Shown here one piece after another: positions 61,065 to 64,000 of a stretch of 64,000 nt of DNA; within the stretch, counting starts at the first letter, position 1; the number at the start of each line of letters is the position of its first letter. The notes under the pieces are model-generated. The model searched no databases. It had not been told where the DNA came from and saw nothing but the letters and a program-made list of their open reading frames with translations. Source of the stretch: Nitrosopumilus sp. (GTDB lineage: Archaea > Thermoproteota > Nitrososphaeria > Nitrososphaerales > Nitrosopumilaceae); contig OZ245003.1 of the NCBI GenBank assembly GCA_965223425.1, positions 2,112,001 to 2,176,000 of the forward strand, read 5' to 3'. Both the position numbers and the translations under genes were made by a program.

Positions 61065-61843
61065 TTCACAATTTCCTCAAATAAAATATCTGGATCTTCA
61101 ACAGAAACCCCTCTTTTATTGAAGAATTTGGTAATGTTATTAATATCTCTTTTAAGAAACTCTTGAGCATTAGGATGTCTTAGATCAATGGCAGAACCTA
61201 GATCAAAAACAACTAGACCATTTGATGTTTTAAAAATATTATATTCAGAATAATCTCCATGTACTAATTTTGCTTTATGATAGAGATCTTTGATAATTGA
61301 AATTGCTTGTTCATAATCATCGTCATTTACATCTGACTCCAACAGAGATTTTTCAGGAGAGCCTGCATGTCCTACAAATTCCATTGCAAGCACATTATTT
61401 GCGACATAAAGTGGGTTTGGAACAGGAATTCCAGCATTATGACACTGAGATAAGTTACGGAATTCCTTTTTTGCCCACAAATAGACTAAATTCTTTGTGC
61501 CTTTTTTCACATTTGAGAACCTAGGATCACCAAGAATGTAAGGTTCGCGTTTTTTAAAATTCGAAGTACTCACCAAATAAATTTTCAAAGCAACATCAAC
61601 ATCATGTTCATCAACACCCCAAAAAAGAACGGATTCTTTACCAGCGCTTACAGAACCGTTAACATATGCAATAATATGATCTTTAATCATTTTATAGAGA
61701 GTCATAACAGTAGGTTTATCCAATACTTCATTGACAACTTTACCTTTCTTGAAACCATCTTCCAAATGTTTTCGTTTAGATTTGGACGCTAATTTTTTAT
61801 CAATCTTAGATTCTAACTTTTTGCTAATTTCATCAGACATCAA
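61061..61843 (-). CDS. rio1: RIO1-family kinase
   Basis: SAGKES, WAKKEFRNL, HGDYSEYN, RDINN. Confidence 0.92.
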   Translation of the reverse strand: MMSDEISKKLESKIDKKLASKSKRKHLEDGFKKGKVVNEVLDKPTVMTLYKMIKDHIIAYVNGSVSAGKESVLFWGVDEHDVDVALKIYLVSTSNFKKREPYILGDPRFSNVKKGTKNLVYLWAKKEFRNLSQCHNAGIPVPNPLYVANNVLAMEFVGHAGSPEKSLLESDVNDDDYEQAISIIKDLYHKAKLVHGDYSEYNIFKTSNGLVVFDLGSAIDLRHPNAQEFLKRDINNITKFFNKRGVSVEDPDILFEEIVK

Positions 61844-61907
61844 AGAATTTTACTCCTACTAGATAAAATGGATTTCTTTTATAATTCAAAATAGAAATCG
61901 AACCACT

Positions 61908-62207
61908 CTACATTTTAAAAACAATTAGAAAAGGAACGTTAGAAATTTTTTTAACTCCATTTTCAGAACCAATTCCAAGTTCTAAAGATAGTGAGATTGT
62001 TTCTTTTCCAACCATGTTAATAATTGAAGAATTTTTTAATAATGATTTTGCTTCTTCTTTTTCAACCAACCTTTCTCCATAATAGCTTTCACTGATATGC
62101 ATGTTTAATTCATCTTGAATAATATTTTTCCCTAGCAACTCAGCATCACAGATATTGAGCATTGTGTTTTGTTGACAATTAGAAACCCGTACTGAAAAAT
62201 GCATCAT
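61908..62207 (-). CDS. DUF424 family protein
   Basis: CDAELLGK, ESYYG, INMVG. Confidence 0.85.
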   Translation of the reverse strand: MMHFSVRVSNCQQNTMLNICDAELLGKNIIQDELNMHISESYYGERLVEKEEAKSLLKNSSIINMVGKETISLSLELGIGSENGVKKISNVPFLIVFKM

Positions 62208-62626
62208 GCATATTTACCTTTCAGAGCAGATTTTGCACCACAAGCTTCACAAATTAAAAATGATATTCGATTTTCTTTGACAATTTTTGTGTCTGGACTT
62301 TTACATGTTGTACATTCTAGATAATCTTTTACATAAATTTGGAATAATCGTGTAAAGTCATCAGGAGCCCGTCTTCCAATAAACATTGCCTTATCACCTA
62401 GTCTTTCAGCAGGAACTGCAAACTCTTTTGATAAATATTGAAGAACTTTGTCTGGATCTCTTCGCAGAACCTTAGGGAATTCTGAAAAATTACGCAAGAA
62501 AGTCTTTTGTCCTTCCCACATTACATCTACAACGGGAAGCTCAAATCTAGTCGAGGATTCTTTTTTGGCATCGCCCAAATTATCCTGAATACGTTTGAGT
62601 AGGTTTTCATATTCGGCTTTGGTCAT
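62204..62626 (-). CDS. eif2b: Translation initiation factor aIF-2 beta
   Basis: RFELP, CTTCKSPDT, CEACGA. Confidence 0.93.
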   Translation of the reverse strand: MTKAEYENLLKRIQDNLGDAKKESSTRFELPVVDVMWEGQKTFLRNFSEFPKVLRRDPDKVLQYLSKEFAVPAERLGDKAMFIGRRAPDDFTRLFQIYVKDYLECTTCKSPDTKIVKENRISFLICEACGAKSALKGKYA

Positions 62627-62695
62627 AAAAAATGACACATGTTAGACCCTATATGGGTTTTGAAAAAGAGAAATCATGTGGACTTTTTGTGTAGG

Positions 62696-62842
62696 TTATT
62701 CCATCTTTCCTATACGGAAAACGTTAGTTCCACATTTAGGACATGTGCCTTTTACGGCAGGACGTCCATTCTTTAGTTTAGTTTCTTTGGGATCTTTAAT
62801 GTCCCTTTTATCTCTGCATTTTACGCAATATGCTGTAACCAT
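62696..62842 (-). CDS. DUF5679-like small basic zinc-ribbon protein (48 aa), not in ORF track
   Basis: MVTAYCVKCRDKRDIKDPKETKLKNGRPAVKGTCPKCGTNVFRIGKME. Confidence 0.85.
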   Translation of the reverse strand: MVTAYCVKCRDKRDIKDPKETKLKNGRPAVKGTCPKCGTNVFRIGKME

Positions 62843-63090
62843 TCTAAATTTTGTCAAACTTGGTGGTATTTAGGAAGAGGCTGTGAAAATTATTTAACTA
62901 TAAACTAGATGTGCGTAAATTTTTTTAGGCGTCAAAAAGCAACAATTGTCAAAAATTTCTACTAATACAATTTTTTTTAAAAAAATGGAGTAAAAATTAT
63001 ACAAAAAGTGATTTTTTCTAATATTTATTTAACAAGCGACGATTTTTTGAAGATTATCAGTTATAAAGTCCTTAATTATTAAATTACAAA

Positions 63091-63591
63091 ATGGCATCAA
63101 AAAAAGGAATAATTGTAACTGCCACAATACTAGCTGCAATTACCGGTGCAAGTTTTTTGTTATGGGCAATTCCCGAAAATAATGAAACAACATTTGTTGT
63201 TTCAGATTATGAAAATTATCTTGATGGAGTAAAAAATATTCAAGAAGTTTTGCAAGAATCAATCAATATTGAATACCAAAATCTAATCAATGGCGAAATT
63301 TCTCCAGAAGAATATACCACTGTAACAGAGGTAACATCATCGCAAGTAACTGCGCAGATAAGTGAATTTGTAACATCAAAACCGCCTGAAGAATGGCAAG
63401 ATAGCTACATCAACTATATGGAAGCAATGAAAAAATTCAATTCTTATATTATAGAAACAAAAGTTTTGGCCTCTATGATTGAAAAAGGGAACACAGGGGA
63501 GGAAATGATGGAAACTGCACAAAAAATAGACGCACTAAAAATGGAATTTCTGGAGTATGTAAAAATTTCCGATGAATCAAGACCTAGCTAG
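63091..63591 (+). CDS. Membrane-anchored hypothetical protein
   Basis: N-terminal TM helix, helical body. Confidence 0.75.
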   Translation: MASKKGIIVTATILAAITGASFLLWAIPENNETTFVVSDYENYLDGVKNIQEVLQESINIEYQNLINGEISPEEYTTVTEVTSSQVTAQISEFVTSKPPEEWQDSYINYMEAMKKFNSYIIETKVLASMIEKGNTGEEMMETAQKIDALKMEFLEYVKISDESRPS

Positions 63592-63662
63592 CCTCAAAAC
63601 CGAATTTTACTAACTACAATCGTTGGAAATCATTAAAAAGCAATTTTACAATAAAGATCAGA

Positions 63663-64000
63663 ATGTCTCAGAGATCTGACAAGGTAGAAAAGGATGTCAA
63701 TGCATCTACAGCTAATAAATTACTTGTAATCTGTGTTGATAGGGATAATGATGTAGGAGAAAAAGCTGGCATTGTTACACCAGTAATTGGCAGAGATGCA
63801 TGTATTGAGGCTGCACAAAGACTAGCCCTAGAAGATCCAGAAGATGCAGATTCTAATTCAATTTTTTCAGCGATTAAAACATATGAAGATTTGATCAGTA
63901 AAGGCTACCAAGTTGAAGTGATAACTGTTGCAGGGGTTAAGGATAGGGGAGTTCAAGCTGATGAAAAGATTCTTGCTGAAACAAAAAAAGTTCTAGAAAA
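63663..64000 (+). CDS. DUF373 family protein (5' part)
   Basis: LVICVDRDND.GEK..TPVIGR..DPEDADSN; runs off the window. Confidence 0.85.
   Translation, partial: MSQRSDKVEKDVNASTANKLLVICVDRDNDVGEKAGIVTPVIGRDACIEAAQRLALEDPEDADSNSIFSAIKTYEDLISKGYQVEVITVAGVKDRGVQADEKILAETKKVLE

Overview
A 64-kb stretch of an ammonia-oxidising archaeon (Nitrosopumilus-like Thaumarchaeota). The assignment rests on type IB topoisomerase, topo VI, RadA, Nop5/fibrillarin, TFB, Rpo4, S30e and a TFE-beta/C34-like gene. Most of 27.6-64 kb is ordinary information-processing and housekeeping genes. Four parts are unusual. (i) A secreted surface-protein gene of >1550 aa lies on the minus strand (4657 to <1) and is absent from the ORF track. 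It has 14 LVIVD beta-propeller blades followed by at least 9.5 near-identical 222-bp Ig-like repeats. Its blade loops vary almost only at NNT codons, a DGR-like or strongly diversifying signature, and a C16 tract lies upstream. (ii) An apparently identical 1064-bp parB-like duplication flanks a 9.35-kb segment. (iii) Inside that segment is a three-level nested transposon, IS481 > IS110/IS1111 > IS630, with junctions resolvable to the base, candidate bridge/seek-RNA guide matches and an apparent CG (not TA) target duplication. (iv) A decayed island at 34.5-36.8 kb holds an IS5 remnant, orphan genes and a 140-bp MITE. Also notable are a TFE-beta carrying about 21 histone-H1-like AEAKPAKK repeats, Elf1-like zinc ribbons and a tRNA-Met with a non-canonical intron. 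All family calls come from motif recognition by eye, not database searches.
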